From contig NC_057753.1 in the NCBI RefSeq assembly GCF_004010195.1, positions 6,271,680 through 6,304,273 of the forward strand: DNA of 32,594 bases. The letters run 5' to 3'. The notes under the pieces are model-generated. The model was not told the origin of the DNA. It saw only the letters and a program-made list of their open reading frames with translations, and did no database searches. Made by a program: the position numbers and the translations under genes. This DNA comes from Chiloscyllium plagiosum (taxonomy: Eukaryota). This document shows, in pieces, positions 10,893-23,130 of the stretch (its first letter is position 1; each line of letters begins with the position of its first letter).

Positions 10893-13800
10893 TAGAGCAT
10901 AGAATGTAGAATAAAGAACATAGAACAGTACAGCACAGTACGGGCCCCCGGGGTCCTCGATTTTCTGCCGGTCTTATATCATACCCTAAATTCAGATTAA
11001 CCTACTTCAGGTAACCTCCTCACCTAACTTCCAAGTGCCTGTTCAAAAGTCGCTTAGATATCCCTAATGTATCTGACTCTATTATCACTGCTGGCAGCGC
11101 ATTCGAAACACTCACCATTCTTTAAGTAAAAAACCTACCTCTGACATCTCCCGTGAACCTTTCTCCAATTGCGTTAAAACTGTCGATTCTCTTGAATGAC
11201 ATTTCCGTCATGGAAAAATGTGTCTTCCTGTCCACTCTATCTATGCCTCTCACCATCACTGGTACTTGTATCAAGTCATGTCTCATCTTTCTTCGCTGCA
11301 ATGAGAAAAGCCTTAGCTGGCTCAACCTTTCTTCATAAGCCAGTCCCTCCAGCCCAAGCAGCATATTGTAAAATCTCTGCATCCTCGTTAACGTTTTCAC
11401 ATCTTTATTATAGTGACGCGAACAACAGTGAACATAATATTCCAATTTTGGTCAAACCAGGATTCCATAGAGCTGCAGCATAACCTCGTAGAACTTAAAG
11501 TTCATCGCCATGGTAACATCTGCCGTCTAAGCAATTCTATCAACCTAGGTGGGAACTTGTAGGGATCTATGAACATGGACCACAAGATCCCTCTGTTCTT
11601 CCACACTGCCAAGAATCCCGCATTCAACCTTGCATTCTGCATTCAAAATCGACGTTCCAAAGTGAACGACTTCACACTTTTTCAGGTTGAAATTCATCTG
11701 CCACTTCTCAGCCCCGTTCTGCATTCTGTCTATGTTGCATTGCTACCCACAACAGGCCTCCCATCGTCCAATAATCCAACAACGCGTCAGGAAAATTGCT
11801 CAGGCATCCTTCCACTTCCTCATCCAAGTCATTTATAAAATTAAAAAAGAACAGTGGTCCCAGAACCGATCCCTGTGGAACACAATTTGTTATTCCAGGC
11901 TGAATATTTTCCATTTACCATCACGTTCTGCCTTCTATGGGCCGACCAATTCTGTGTCCAGACTGACAGGTTTCTGTATATATCATTCCTCCTTACTTTC
12001 TGAATGAGCCCACCGTGAGGACACTTTTTAAACGCCTTTCTAAAATCCATGGACCTCACTTCCACTGCTCTACCATCATTAACCTGTTTTATCATAGCCT
12101 CAAATAACTCAATAAGGTTTGTGAGGCATGACCTGCCTCTCACAAAGCCATACTGACTATTTGTAGTCCAATTATGGTTTTCAAAGTAAGCAGAATTCCT
12201 GTCTCTCAGAATCCTCTCCAATACTTTTTCCACCCCTAACATTAAACTGACTTGTCTGCAATACACAGGATTGTTCCTATTCACCTTTTCGAACAAGGGA
12301 ATAACATTTGTCTCTCCCCAATAATCCGATTCGAATCCAGTATCAAACCGCATGGTGTTGGAAATTCACAGCTGGTCAGGCAGCATTGGAGGACAAGGAG
12401 AGTCGACATTTCGAGCACGGGATCTTCATTACAAGTGCAGTGGGATGGAGAGTGGGATGTATTCTGAGAAATAAATGGGAGGGCATGGGGCTGGGAGGAA
12501 TGTAGCTAGGAATAAGCAAAGTAGATGAACCTGGGAGGGTGATGATGACAGGTCTGAGTGAAGGGTGAAGTGGATAAGAGGAAGGGAAAGGACAGCTAGG
12601 ACAGTTCAAGTAGGGAGTACCGAGTTGGAGGGTTGGATCTGGAATAAGGTAGGGGGAGGGGAGATTAGCGAACTAGTGAAATCAACATTGATCCTGAGTG
12701 TTTGTGGATTTCCAAAGCGGAAGGTGATGTAATGAGGTTCCAAAGATCATCGCCAAAGGTGCAGCAATCCCTTTCCTCGCTTCCTATACTAAACCAGTGT
12801 GTGTCCCGTCTGGTCCAGGAAATTTATCGAACCTTATGTTTTTCATAGTTTTTAGCACATCCGGCTTCCTAACATCAACCTGTTATAGGATTTTAGTCTG
12901 GTTCACGCTGTCCTCAGAAACATTAGGGTCGGTATCAGTCGTGAATACTGAAGCATAGATGCCTTTAAGGACCTACTCTTCTCCTCCGAGCCCAAGCTCA
13001 AGTTCCCTCTACTAAACCTGATTGCTCCTGATTGATCCTACCCACACTCTAACCATCCTTTTGTTCCTTTCATTAATATAGAACGCTTTCGGGTTTTCAT
13101 TAATCCTACCAATGAAAGCTTTTCCATTCAGCTTTCCTGTTCCCTGAGTCGATTCTTCAGTTTCTTCCTGGCAATCTTCCAACCCTATAAAACCCTGTCT
13201 GATCCTTGCCTATGTAACCTTAAGCAATCTTCTTTCTTTCTCTTGACTAAATGTTCCAAATCCCTAGTCACCCTAGTTTATTTCAAACTATCATTTCTTC
13301 CTTGACTCAGTGCGACAAAACTATCCAGCACTATTATCAAGTGCTTCTTAAACAACCTTCACGGTTCTCTGACATCGTCTATTCCCAATTATGCGTCCCA
13401 GTTCCTGCCCAATAGCGTTGTAACCCGCCGCTCCCAATTAAAGGCTTTCCCATACCATCTGATCCTATCCTTCTACATACGTATAGTAAAGGTCATGTAG
13501 TTGTGATCACTATCAACCAAATTATTACCCATCGAGAGATCTGACACCTGACATGGTTCACGGCCAATCACCAACTCTAATATGGCAGCCACTCTTCTCG
13601 GCCTAACTACATATTACACCAGGAACCATTTCTACACATATCTGATAGAAATTGCTCAATCCAAACGATTTGAACGAAATAGTTTCCATTCAACATGAGT
13701 GAAGTTAAAATCACCCATGACAATAATCATGTTACTTCTACACATTTCCAAAACCTGGCTCCCAATCTGTGTATTGGTTGCTATTATGGGGACTGTAGAA

Positions 13801-14370
13801 AACTCCGAATAAACTCTTATTTTGTTTATGATGTCCAGCCATGCTGACTCTGTAGTTAAACACTCCTCAACGTTCTCCATTTCTACAGTTGTGATATAAT
13901 CCTTGATTAACAATGTCGTTCCTCCACCTCTTTTACATCCCCCACTCCATTAATTTTGAAACATCTAATCCCCGGTACATCCAACAAATATTCCTCCACC
14001 TGTGATACCCAAATCTCCTTAATGGCCAGAACATCAAAGTTTCAACAATTGATTCATGCACTGTGTACATCACCCTTGTTCCTAAATCTTCTTGCAATAA
14101 AATAGACACAAATAAACCCATCATATTGGCTGCACCTTTGCCCTACCAAGTACCAATCCCTCCTCACAGACTCTCTGCACGCTGTCTCTGACTGTTGACT
14201 GCCTCTTCCATCATCTGATCCTTAGCTCAGGTTCCGATGACCTTTTCCACAACTCCCGACCAGGATATTGGTAGCCCTCCAGTTCAGGTGTAAACGATCC
14301 TTTTTCTGCAGGTCCCACCTCCCCAGAAAGTATCCCCATAATTAACATATCTGAACCCCTCCCTCCTGCT
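10893..14370 (-). mobile_element. Long degenerate CR1 LINE: ORF1 esterase C-terminus, APE endonuclease, RT, 3' UTR and tail
   Basis: RWDLQKKDRLHLNWRATNILVG (SGNH/GDSL-like DxxH, about 14255-14320), IIVMGDFNF (APE), QYGFVRGRSCLTNLIELFE, MDFRKAF, VPQGSVLGPLFFFNFINDLD, DVRGRFFT, and a TTCTA-repeat tail near 10900. Confidence 0.92.
12342..12730 (-). mobile_element. Penelope-like element 3' fragment nested in the CR1
   Basis: Minus strand: ITFRFGNPQTLRINVDFTS (end of the PLE endonuclease region), a C/T-rich 3' region, a decayed hammerhead (ATGAAG...CGAAATGTCGAC) and ATGCTGCCTGACCAGCTGTG. CR1 sequence resumes on both sides. Confidence 0.72.
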
Positions 14371-14469
14371 TAGTGCTTTTAGTATTTTACTATAGTCACA
14401 ATAATAAAAGTTGATCTTTGAAACTGAGAAGCATTGGATCAATGTTAAAGGATTAGACATCAAAAATCT

Positions 14470-15020
14470 AAGAACATACTAATCAGCAGCAGAAAAAAAA
14501 CCCTTTAACCTTATCATCGCTCTCCTTTATTAAATACGATAATTGGAATTCTTATCATTGCCCTATTTCCACATTTATGTCTGAATTCCTTTAATGCCAT
14601 CGCCACGCACATTTATTTACACTTTATTAAACCAGTTCTGAGTCAGCCATGGTTTTATTCAATGGTAAAATATCAATTTTTCTTATGGTATAGAGTTCCA
14701 AAGGTTGGCAGTAAATTGTTAGAAGATGTTGAAATTCAGATCTGAATTGCCTGGGTAGCTCCTTTACGTAGAAATCACATTCATTTATTTTAGCCTCCTC
14801 CTGGAAGAGAAATATCCTTTCAGCACCGAATCTGCCAAAACCCTTCACAATCTTCCAAACTATTTTGTTTGACGGTAGCACCGTTTTGAAACGAACCCTG
14901 AGTATCTGGACAATGCAAATCAGTCATGAAATTGATTAAAAATCCTACATCTGGCTAACATGCATTGAGAAAGTACTCAGACCAAATAACATATTCCAAT
15001 TTCTTGTTTCAATATGAAGT
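14470..15020 (-). mobile_element. Old CR1 LINE 3' fragment
   Basis: ORF 14627..14881 IVWKIVKGFGRFGAERIF...FRSEF resembles the CR1 ORF2 C-terminus. Confidence 0.6.
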
Positions 15021-15365
15021 AATTGCAATCCATTAATTCAAGATTGAACGTACTTAGTGTAACAAACAGTCAAGGAACAACATTGACAAAGCATCACAAA
15101 ATAACCACCCACAAAAGACAAAAAGAGAGAAATGTTATTCCTTTAGAAATTTATAGTAAACTTGACTTATTAACTCGTGCTGAATATATTTTGATTATAA
15201 CGAGCCCTCCAGAGAATTATAGTCCTGATACAAAAATCTCCAGTTTACAATGTGTAAACATTTCATTGTTTGGCGGGATTGTAACTTTGATTTGCCGTCA
15301 AAACACACTTCATATTGTTAATCCATTTCAGTAAGTTAACGTTTGATCTTGTCAGTGCAATTGTT

Positions 15366-15670
15366 GATTAGATTACAGTGTGGAAACAGGCCCTTCGGCC
15401 CAACATGTCCACACCGACCCGCCGAAGCGCAACCCAACCATGCCCCTACATTTACCCCTTACCTAACACGACGGACAATTTAGCATGGCCAATTCACCTG
15501 ACCTGCACATCTTTGGACTGTGGGAGGAAACCGGAGCACCCGGAGGAAACCCATGCAGGCACGGGGAGAACGTGCAAACTCAACGCAGTCAGTCACCTGA
15601 GGCGGGATTTGAACCCGGGTCTCTGGCGCTGTGAGGCAGCAGTGCTAACCAATGTGCCTCCGTGCCGCCC
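15366..15670 (-). mobile_element. tRNA-derived SINE (HE1-like), full length
   Basis: Minus strand GGGCGGCACGGAGGCACATTGGTTAGC with GGTTCAAATCCC B box and CCTGTTTCCACACTGTAATCTAATC tail; paralogous to 7478-7780. Confidence 0.9.
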
Positions 15671-16519
15671 GTGTTCTCCCGTCTTTAGTTTGAATTAAGA
15701 TATATTTGCTCCCCCAACGGTAATTACAGCTTCCACATTCTGCTCAGTAGCTGATATGGTGAGAAACATTCTCTGCTGTGTAGGCAACAGCAGATCATAG
15801 TGCGGTCGATGCTGGGAGTCCCCCTTTGTGAATAGTGATTTTATTGGTCATTTTGGGAATACTATCTTCTTAATGTCTCAGCTCCTTTGACTTCCAATTT
15901 CCAACCCCATTTGGATCTCAAAATATCTACCTAAGGATCTCATATTAATGTTTTCAGAACTCCGTTACTACTGTCCCAACCGCCATAACTAACATCTCTT
16001 GGGCAGGTAGAAATGCCAATCATACGACTGCATCAAACCGACTGCATATTGTGACCAATAGTTTGCTTCTCTGTCATGATGTGTTACCATTTTCACGTTG
16101 ACATTTCCATCATTCTCATTACTGACACGACCATCGTAGGACAGAAAGAATCTGGAATTGAAATCATGAGCGTCTCTTTCATATCATGCAAGAAACTCAG
16201 CTCTAGCGTGTATGGCATTTGTTGATAGTATTATCTAATTCATTGTCAGATGATATGAAGAAAAGAAAGCTGAATTCAAGAAGTGCAATCAAAAACCTCC
16301 ATTTCCCATAGCCCAGCTCTAAACAGTGGCAATCATTCTACCCGCTTTTCATCCCATCCTCTCTAAATCAAATCCTTACCATCTCACACAGTTTCAGATG
16401 ATTCACCTGTCTTTGCCAAATCTGTGTTGGGAGGTTGAGTTACTGATATATGGAAAACTTAGAAATTCACAACTGACTGCTCCCCATTGATTTTTTTTTT
16501 CAAATAAATGAAGAGCACT

Positions 16520-17397
16520 TTATGTCATCAAATATTTCACTGCATTGGTGAACTTCGCTCTGAATTTGGACTGAGTTGCCGCATAAATGAAGGTGTTTGT
16601 ACAGCAACTTAAATTTCTCAACATAATTCCAGCTTGTTGAAACATATATTCAGAATCATAGTAATAGTGGCGATCAATTCCTAAAACTTGGTAATAAAAG
16701 AATTCAATAACGTGCACCAACCACAGAAGTATGAAGCTGCCAGATATGCTAAAGAGTAAAATCATAGACTTTCTTCTACTCTCCATCTCTGAATCACTGT
16801 CATTCTGTCCCTTGCTCTGACATCTCAGTTCCTTACGAACCTGACTGACAGTTATAATGTGCCTGATAGTTAGAGCATTGAACAGCAGAATTAAAGCTAA
16901 TGGAACCAATGGTGTCATAATCCTATCAAACCAGGCAAATCCCATCCAGCCAACTTCGGTATAGAATGTTTCCTTATCGATGCATCCCCAAGGTACATTG
17001 TTGACTATCTCTCCGGGTGCCTGAGTGAAATAGAATGGAATGTTTTTTAAAAGCAGCACGATGCTTGTTGTTGCAAGAACCACAGCTGCAGCTTTTTCAG
17101 TGCAATATTTTGTTTTCAACGTCTGGCAACAAATAGCCACAAATCTGTCAAAAGAGAAAATGATTGTAAACCACACAGAACAGTCTATGGCTCCACCTTG
17201 CAGGACCTTGCGAAGACTACAGATTGGTGTGATGTCCAAAAAACACACAGGGAAATAATGAGCGTTGATCTGGTTCAGTATGACCTCTGTGATAATGACC
17301 AGTAGATCTGCTATTGCCATTGCCACCAGGTAACGAGTAGTGCAGTTGGAGAGACCACACTTTCCACGAGAGAGGATGAACATTGACACTAAATTAA
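16520..17397 (-). CDS. Exon 2 of the GPR139/GPR142-like class A GPCR (rest of TM1 to TM7 and helix 8); spliced product 314 aa
   Basis: ORF 16520..17389 extends to an acceptor (tctcttttcccttcactgccttgcAG at 17399-17398). Motifs: TM2 MAIADLL, Cys at the top of TM3 (PICS), FSFDRFVAIC (DRY-like), ECL2 PWGC, TM5 Pro (PLVP), TM6 SFILLWL, TM7 SCCTNTFIY (NPxxY variant), helix 8 SKFR. 67+878 = 945 nt = 314 aa plus stop. Confidence 0.92.
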
Positions 17398-17547
17398 CTG
17401 CAAGGCAGTGAAGGGAAAAGAGACTTAGAATTATTGATCAACGAATCTGTGTCTCAATAAGCCAGTACGAATTTGAAGTTAGCACTTAAACTGATGGAAC
17501 AGATTTGGGTTAGAAATGAAAGTTTCCAGATTCCATCACTGGTTAAT

Positions 17548-17883
17548 ATTATCCTACATTGTGGAAACAGCCACTTGGTCGAACGAATCCACACGAAGCA
17601 GGAAACCACCGGGATCCAATCCCCTAATCTATTTCTCCACATTGTTGCCCAACTAATGCAACTAAACCGCAGATCTCTGAACACTTTGGGCAATTTGGCA
17701 TGGTCAATTCATCTAACCTGCATGTCTTTGAATTGTGGGTGGAATGTGGAGCACGGGACAAACACAACCAGAGAAGGGAAGCATGCACAAACCCCACATA
17801 GACAGTCGCCCGAGGCTGAAATGAAACTCGGATTCCTGGCTCTGTGAAGTAGCAATGCTAACCATTGAGCCACCGTACCTGCC
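17548..17883 (-). mobile_element. Degenerate HE1-like SINE (intronic)
   Basis: Minus strand GGTACGGTGGCTCAATGGTTAGCATTGCT head; collinear with the other HE1-like copies. Confidence 0.78.
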
Positions 17884-18379
17884 TTCAAGCAAAGCTCCAA
17901 ACGGTTCTCTGTTTATTGAACTGGGAAAAACATCACCTAGATGGCTATTTACAGACGGTATTTTGGCAATTTAAACACATTAAATAATCGAGTCTCTGAT
18001 TTAATCACATTTGTTGGTTTGTACCTAATATCAATGGCTGCCACATTAGAATGCGCAAAGCATACGGTTAGTGCTGGGATGAATGATTTAGGTCATGAGC
18101 ATTGATTCTCACTACCTCTGAATAAAAAAAAAGTCCCACATTTGGTTAGGTCCTTCTCACATCTGGATCTTCCTGTCGAAAATGTGCATAATTGTTTACA
18201 CATTGAGTGAAAGCTTCAAAACAAATGGGAAACCAGGCAAATCATAACAGCCCTGTCCAGTTTGAAAAGTGCTAAGCTTTCCAGAAATATGTTCCATTCT
18301 CGTGCATCCTTCAAGCCCCTGTGAAGGAAATGAGATTTAGCTATATTAATTAAACAAATGCACACGAACCAGGCTTACA

Positions 18380-19333
18380 GATGGTATTAGTAATAACATT
18401 AGCAAATTTGCTGTTGATACTAATCTGGGTGGCAGGGTGAAATGTGAGGACGACGTTAGGAGATTACAGGGTAACCTGGATAGATTAGGTGAGTGGTCAG
18501 ATGCATGGAAGATGCAGTTTAATGTTGGCAAATGTATGGTTCTCCACTTCGGTGGTAAGAACAGGAAGGTAGATTACTCCCTAAATGTAATCAATTTAGG
18601 TAAAGGGACAGTACAAAGAGATCTGGCTGTTCTTGTACACCAGTCAATGAAGGTAAGCATGCAGGTACAGCAGGTAGTGAAGAAGGCTAACAGCATGCTG
18701 GCCTTCATTACACGAGGCATTAAGTATAGAAGCAAAGAGGTTCTTTTGCAGCTGTACAGGGCCTTGGTGAGACTACACCTAGAGTATTGTGCGCAGTTCT
18801 GTTCTCCAAATTTGAGGAAAGACATTCTGGCTACTGAGGAGTGCAGCGTAGGTTCACGAGTTCAATTCCTGGAATGGCGGGACTACCTTGCACTGAAAGA
18901 CTGGAGCGACTGGGCTTGTATACCCTTGAGTTTAGAAGACTGAGAGGGGATCTGATCGAGACGTGTAAGATTATTAAAGGATTGGACTCTCTGGATGCAG
19001 GAAACATGTTTCCACTGATGGGTGAGTGCCGAACCAGAGGACACAGCTTAAAAATACAGGGATTTAGGACAGAGATGAGGAGAAACGTCTTCACCCAGAG
19101 AGTGGTGGCTGTGTGGAAAGCTCTGCTCCAGAGGGCAGTGGACGCACAGTCTCTGGATTAATTGAAGAAAGAGTTGGATAGAGCTGTCAAGGGTAGTGAA
19201 ATCAAGGATTATGGAGATAAGACAGGAACAGGATACTGATTAAGGGTGATCAGCCATGATCATATTGAATGGTGGTGCAGGGTCGAAGGGCAGAATGGCC
19301 TACTCTGCATCTATTGTCTAATGTCTAATGTTT
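18380..19333 (+). mobile_element. 5'-truncated CR1 LINE (RT C-terminus, 3' UTR, tail), fairly young, frameshifted
   Basis: SKFAVDTNLGG, WKMQFNVGKCMVLHFG, LLQLYRALVRLHLEYCAQF, RRLRGDLIETCKIIKG, FTQRVVAVWKAL; (ATGTCTA)n tail. Confidence 0.92.
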
Positions 19334-19917
19334 ACGGTGCTTTGCCATTCATCCACAGGGGCATTGAGTTTAAGAGCCAAGAGGTTTTGCTGCAGCTCAA
19401 TAAAACTCAATGAGACTCAGGTCGCCTCATCATAGGATGAATGTAGATGCTTTTGAGAGAATGCCAAGTAGATTTACGAGGATGTTGTCTGGATTGGAGG
19501 GCTCGTCTTGTAAAGAGAGTTTGAGTGAGCTGTGGCTTTTCACACAGGAGAGAAGAAGGAAGGGAGGTGACCTGATAGAGGTGTACAAGGTAATGAGAGG
19601 CATAGTAGATATCCAGAGACTTTTCCGCAGGGAAGAAATGGGCACCACGAAGGATCATAATTTTGGGGTTCCTGGAGGATGGAATGAAGATGTGAGAGGT
19701 AGATTCTTTATGCAGAGGGCGGTGTGTGCATCGACTGCATGCCTGCGGTGGTAGAAGACTCAGTGTCTTTACGAGCATTTAAACCACTGCAGGACAACTA
19801 TATTGATGACAGCAATGTGAGTGATGTGTAGGATGGGATCATATTAGATTTTGTTAAAGGCTCGGCACAACATCTTGGGTTGAAGGACCTGTACTGTTCT
19901 ATGTTCTATATCCTATT
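19334..19917 (+). mobile_element. CR1 LINE 3' fragment (older)
   Basis: RFTRMLSGLEG...GDLIEVYKVMRG...DVRGRFFMQR; tail TGTTCTATGTTCTATATCCTAT. Confidence 0.85.
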
Positions 19918-19979
19918 TCTGCAATCACAACTACAGTGCTCTTTATCTTTTTTGTTTTGTTTACATCTCCTTACAACAT

Positions 19980-20163
19980 AATCCCAAAAGTGTGCAGCTT
20001 AGATGAACCGGCCATATACAATTCCCTATAGTGTTCAGGGATGTGTACGTTATGTATAATGGTTCATGAACATGTAGAATTATAGGGAAGTTGTATGGGT
20101 CTAGGTAGGTTGCTCTTCGGAGGGTCGGTGTGGACTTGTTTCAACACTGTAGCGATTCTATGA
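19980..20163 (+). mobile_element. HE1-like SINE 3' half
   Basis: CTCTTCGGAGGGTCGGTGTGGACTTGTT...ACACTGTAGCGATTCTATGA matches the SINE 3' region. Confidence 0.65.
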
Positions 20164-20619
20164 ATATAAGGAAAATGAATAAAGTAGAACATGGTGATGA
20201 ACAAAATAAAGCAGCCAATAGCTCCACTTTAAAAATTTGTAAAGATTACATAGAGTGAGGATTTTCTGCAAACTCACTTAAAATTTCAATCATACATCAA
20301 CATTGTCAGGCTGTGCAGCATGACCTCTCAATGTGCCAATGGCATGCTCAAGAACCATGGACCAGAGCCTCGGCTAGTTTGGTACCGTTTAAGAATTAGT
20401 CATCAAAGGAACAGATTCAGACCAGAATCAGAAACTTATCCATTAGGATCCTCGCAGAATTTCCTTCCCCACAAGTTTGGACACTCATCTGAGTTAGTTA
20501 TGTCTCTATATCCGATCCAAATTCTCGGATCTGCAATGCCTCATGTTAAATAAATCATCACGTGTTCAAAAACCCTTCGAGACAGCACAATCTCCCTGGG
20601 ATTGGATGAGATCTTCAAC

Positions 20620-21580
20620 TGAAAGCCAGAACTTGGAAATTCTAAATTACCTGTGCATCAGACACTCCTCAACACCGACGCCCAATAATCATCCTCTTAC
20701 TACAGTTCTACATACATTCAAAATTGTGTGGCCAACTGGCACTCTAACTTTATTTGCAATTTTGCTGACAGGACCATTTTCGTAAGTCGGCTCTCAAATA
20801 ATGTTGAGATTGAGTTAATGAAAGAGATCGACTCCTTAGTGACATGGTGTGAGGACAGCAAACTCTCCATCAATGAAGGAGCTTATAATCGTCTCCAGGA
20901 CGCACCCCTTTTTGAAATATTGATGTTGAGATCGAGATGGTCCAGGGATTCCTATGAGTAACGATCAATAACAATCTGTCCTAGTCCATTCTCGTCGATT
21001 TTACGATTAAGAAAATCCGACACACAGATGCATCTATTTCCTTATAAGCCAAAAGAATATTAACATGTGCACGATAAGTCTTACCTTTTTTGTATAGATG
21101 CACCAGAGAAAGCATTCTATCTAGCTGCATCACAGCTTAGTATGGCAACTGTTGTCTGTAAGATCGTGAAAATGACAACGAGTTCTGAGCACAGCCCAGT
21201 CCATAATGTAAATCAGTCTTCCACCCACAAATTCAGTCTATACGTATGGCTGCTTCGGGAAAACAGCCAATATAACCACTTACCACTCACGCACCCCTTA
21301 TGTCTGCGTCTATCCTCTTCTTTCGGGAAGAAGTTACAAAAGTTTGGAAACAAATACCCACGGATTCAAATGCAGCTTCTTGTACACCGTATCAGACTTT
21401 TGAACAGACTTTCAAATATGAAAGTTGACCTCTCTCTGCAGCTTTTCTTTAGCTGTAACAAAATATTCTCTCTTTTACTTTATTAGCCTAATATATCTAC
21501 ACATGGAATGATCAGCCAGAATAGCACACATTGCATCTCAATGTATTTCAGTATATTTAACAGTAATTAATTTAATCACA
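20620..21580 (+). mobile_element. Degenerate Rex1/Babar-like LINE (RT C-terminal half and 3' UTR)
   Basis: NFICNFADRTIFVSRLSNNVEIELMKEIDSLVTWCEDSKLSIN resembles the Rex1-type KFADDTTVVGLISNNDE..YR.E...L..WC..NNL.LN motif. Confidence 0.7.
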
Positions 21581-21597
21581 CCAAACCATACCTAATT

Positions 21598-22223
21598 TGT
21601 ATGCTTACCTTTTTTGGCCAGTAGATTGAGTATAGTAATTGAGAGTGCATGTCGCATTTGTACAGAACATGGGTTCAAACACTTTTATATTGTTCATTCA
21701 GTTCTGGTCTCCCTGCGATAGGGAGGATGTTTTCAAACTTAAAGGGTTCAGAAAACGTTTATAAGAATGTTGCCAGGGTTGGCGGGTTTCAAGTATAGGG
21801 TGAGACTGAAAAGATGGCGTCGATTTTCCTTGGAGTGTTTCAGGCTGAGGGTTGACATCATAGAGGTTTATAAAATCATGAGGGGCATAGATGTCATGAA
21901 TAGCTAAGTTCTTTTCCCGTTCTGTGGGAGTCCAAAACTAGAGAGCATAGTTGTAATGCGAGAGGGCTAAAACTTAAAAAGCACCCAAGTGGCGTTGCAT
22001 GCAGAAGGTTGTGCTTGTATAGAATAAGCTGCCAGAAGAAGTAGTGGAGGCTGGTGCAATTACAACATTTAAAAGGCATCTAATGGGTACATGAATAGAA
22101 ATGGTTTAGAGGGATATGGGCCAAAGACTAGAAAATGGGACGAGATTAATTTAGGGTATCTGGTCGGCAAGAACAAAGTTAACCGAAAGGCATGTTTCCA
22201 TGCTGAACAGCTCTATGGCTCTC
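21598..22223 (+). mobile_element. CR1 LINE 3' fragment
   Basis: GGCTGAGGGTTGACATCATAGAGGTTTATAAAATCATGAGGGGCATAGAT (RLRVDIIEVYKIMRGID) and a CR1-type 3' UTR. Confidence 0.85.
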
Positions 22224-22599
22224 TTTCTTCTCCCTGACTTGGAATTAGCTGAAAGATAAGAGACATTTCTTTCTGTGTGCACGAAATCTGATCGAAATGG
22301 AATGCTCTAGAGCAGAATGCCAGATCGGAATGAAAGAAATGAAAAGGAGACGAATACTTCTCTTAACCGTTAAGGTAGGGTGGAACAGGGATGAATTCGA
22401 ACGGTGTGGGCAAACCTGAAATCGATGCCACACCAAATCTCCGATCAGAAGGACCAGTTCACAATCCAAAGTCACTCCAGTGTCGCCATTTCGATTATGC
22501 TGACTGTCCAAGAACATTAAAGTCCTCATTATATAATCAGTTAGGAGATGGTCATTTTTACAAATCATAAAATTATCATCATAATGACTCTTAATTGGA

Positions 22600-23130
22600 A
22601 GGGTTTAGGAGACAATGAGAAAAATGTTGAAATTGTGCGCAAATAAAGTGACAATTGAGGGGCACTCAAAGTCAATCTTGCAATCTGAACTGAGTGATTC
22701 AGCAAAGTGTTCATCCAGTCTCATCATTGTCGTTTCCCATACCTCCGAGTATTCTTTTAGAAGGACAGATTGTAGTTACTAACCAAGAGTAAATTCATGG
22801 AATTATCTTTTCAATTAGATGACATATTTTACCTCGTGGAAAATAGATGGAGTACGTTTTGAGGATAGATCTTACAGTTCGCACGGGGGTTGCAGATGCT
22901 TGTCGTGACTAAAGAATGGGCCTTAGTGCCAATGCCAATGAAGCATTGGGAGAGCGGAGAAGAATACATGATTAGTGCACATTCTGCCTGGATGTGGCCA
23001 ATGTTTTAGTAGATAAGGTAATGATAGTTCTAGTCATGAGGCTGAAGTTAAAGCAAGAACATCAGCAATAGCATGCGAATGGTCATACATCACGTTAAGC
23101 AATGTGAAGGAAAATCCAACACTTTGCATT
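22600..23130 (-). mobile_element. Highly degenerate Penelope-like fragment (GIY-YIG endonuclease region)
   Basis: Minus strand MRLDEHFAESLSSDCK near 22680-22730 resembles the PLE motif RRLGDRFAEHLRSVRK. Confidence 0.45.

Noticed and set aside
11122..12353. 170-aa RT-like ORF as an active reverse transcriptase, retron or group II intron
   Set aside because: Part of a broken CR1 LINE with stops, frameshifts and a nested Penelope-like insert; vertebrate context.
15378..15698. 106-aa ORF, and the SINE heads as tRNA genes
   Set aside because: Antisense reading of an HE1-like SINE; the A and B boxes belong to SINE heads with no complete cloverleaf.
18437..19161. 168-aa and 106-aa ORFs as host genes
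   Set aside because: Frameshifted pieces of CR1 ORF2 with a decayed FADD motif and a CR1 tail.
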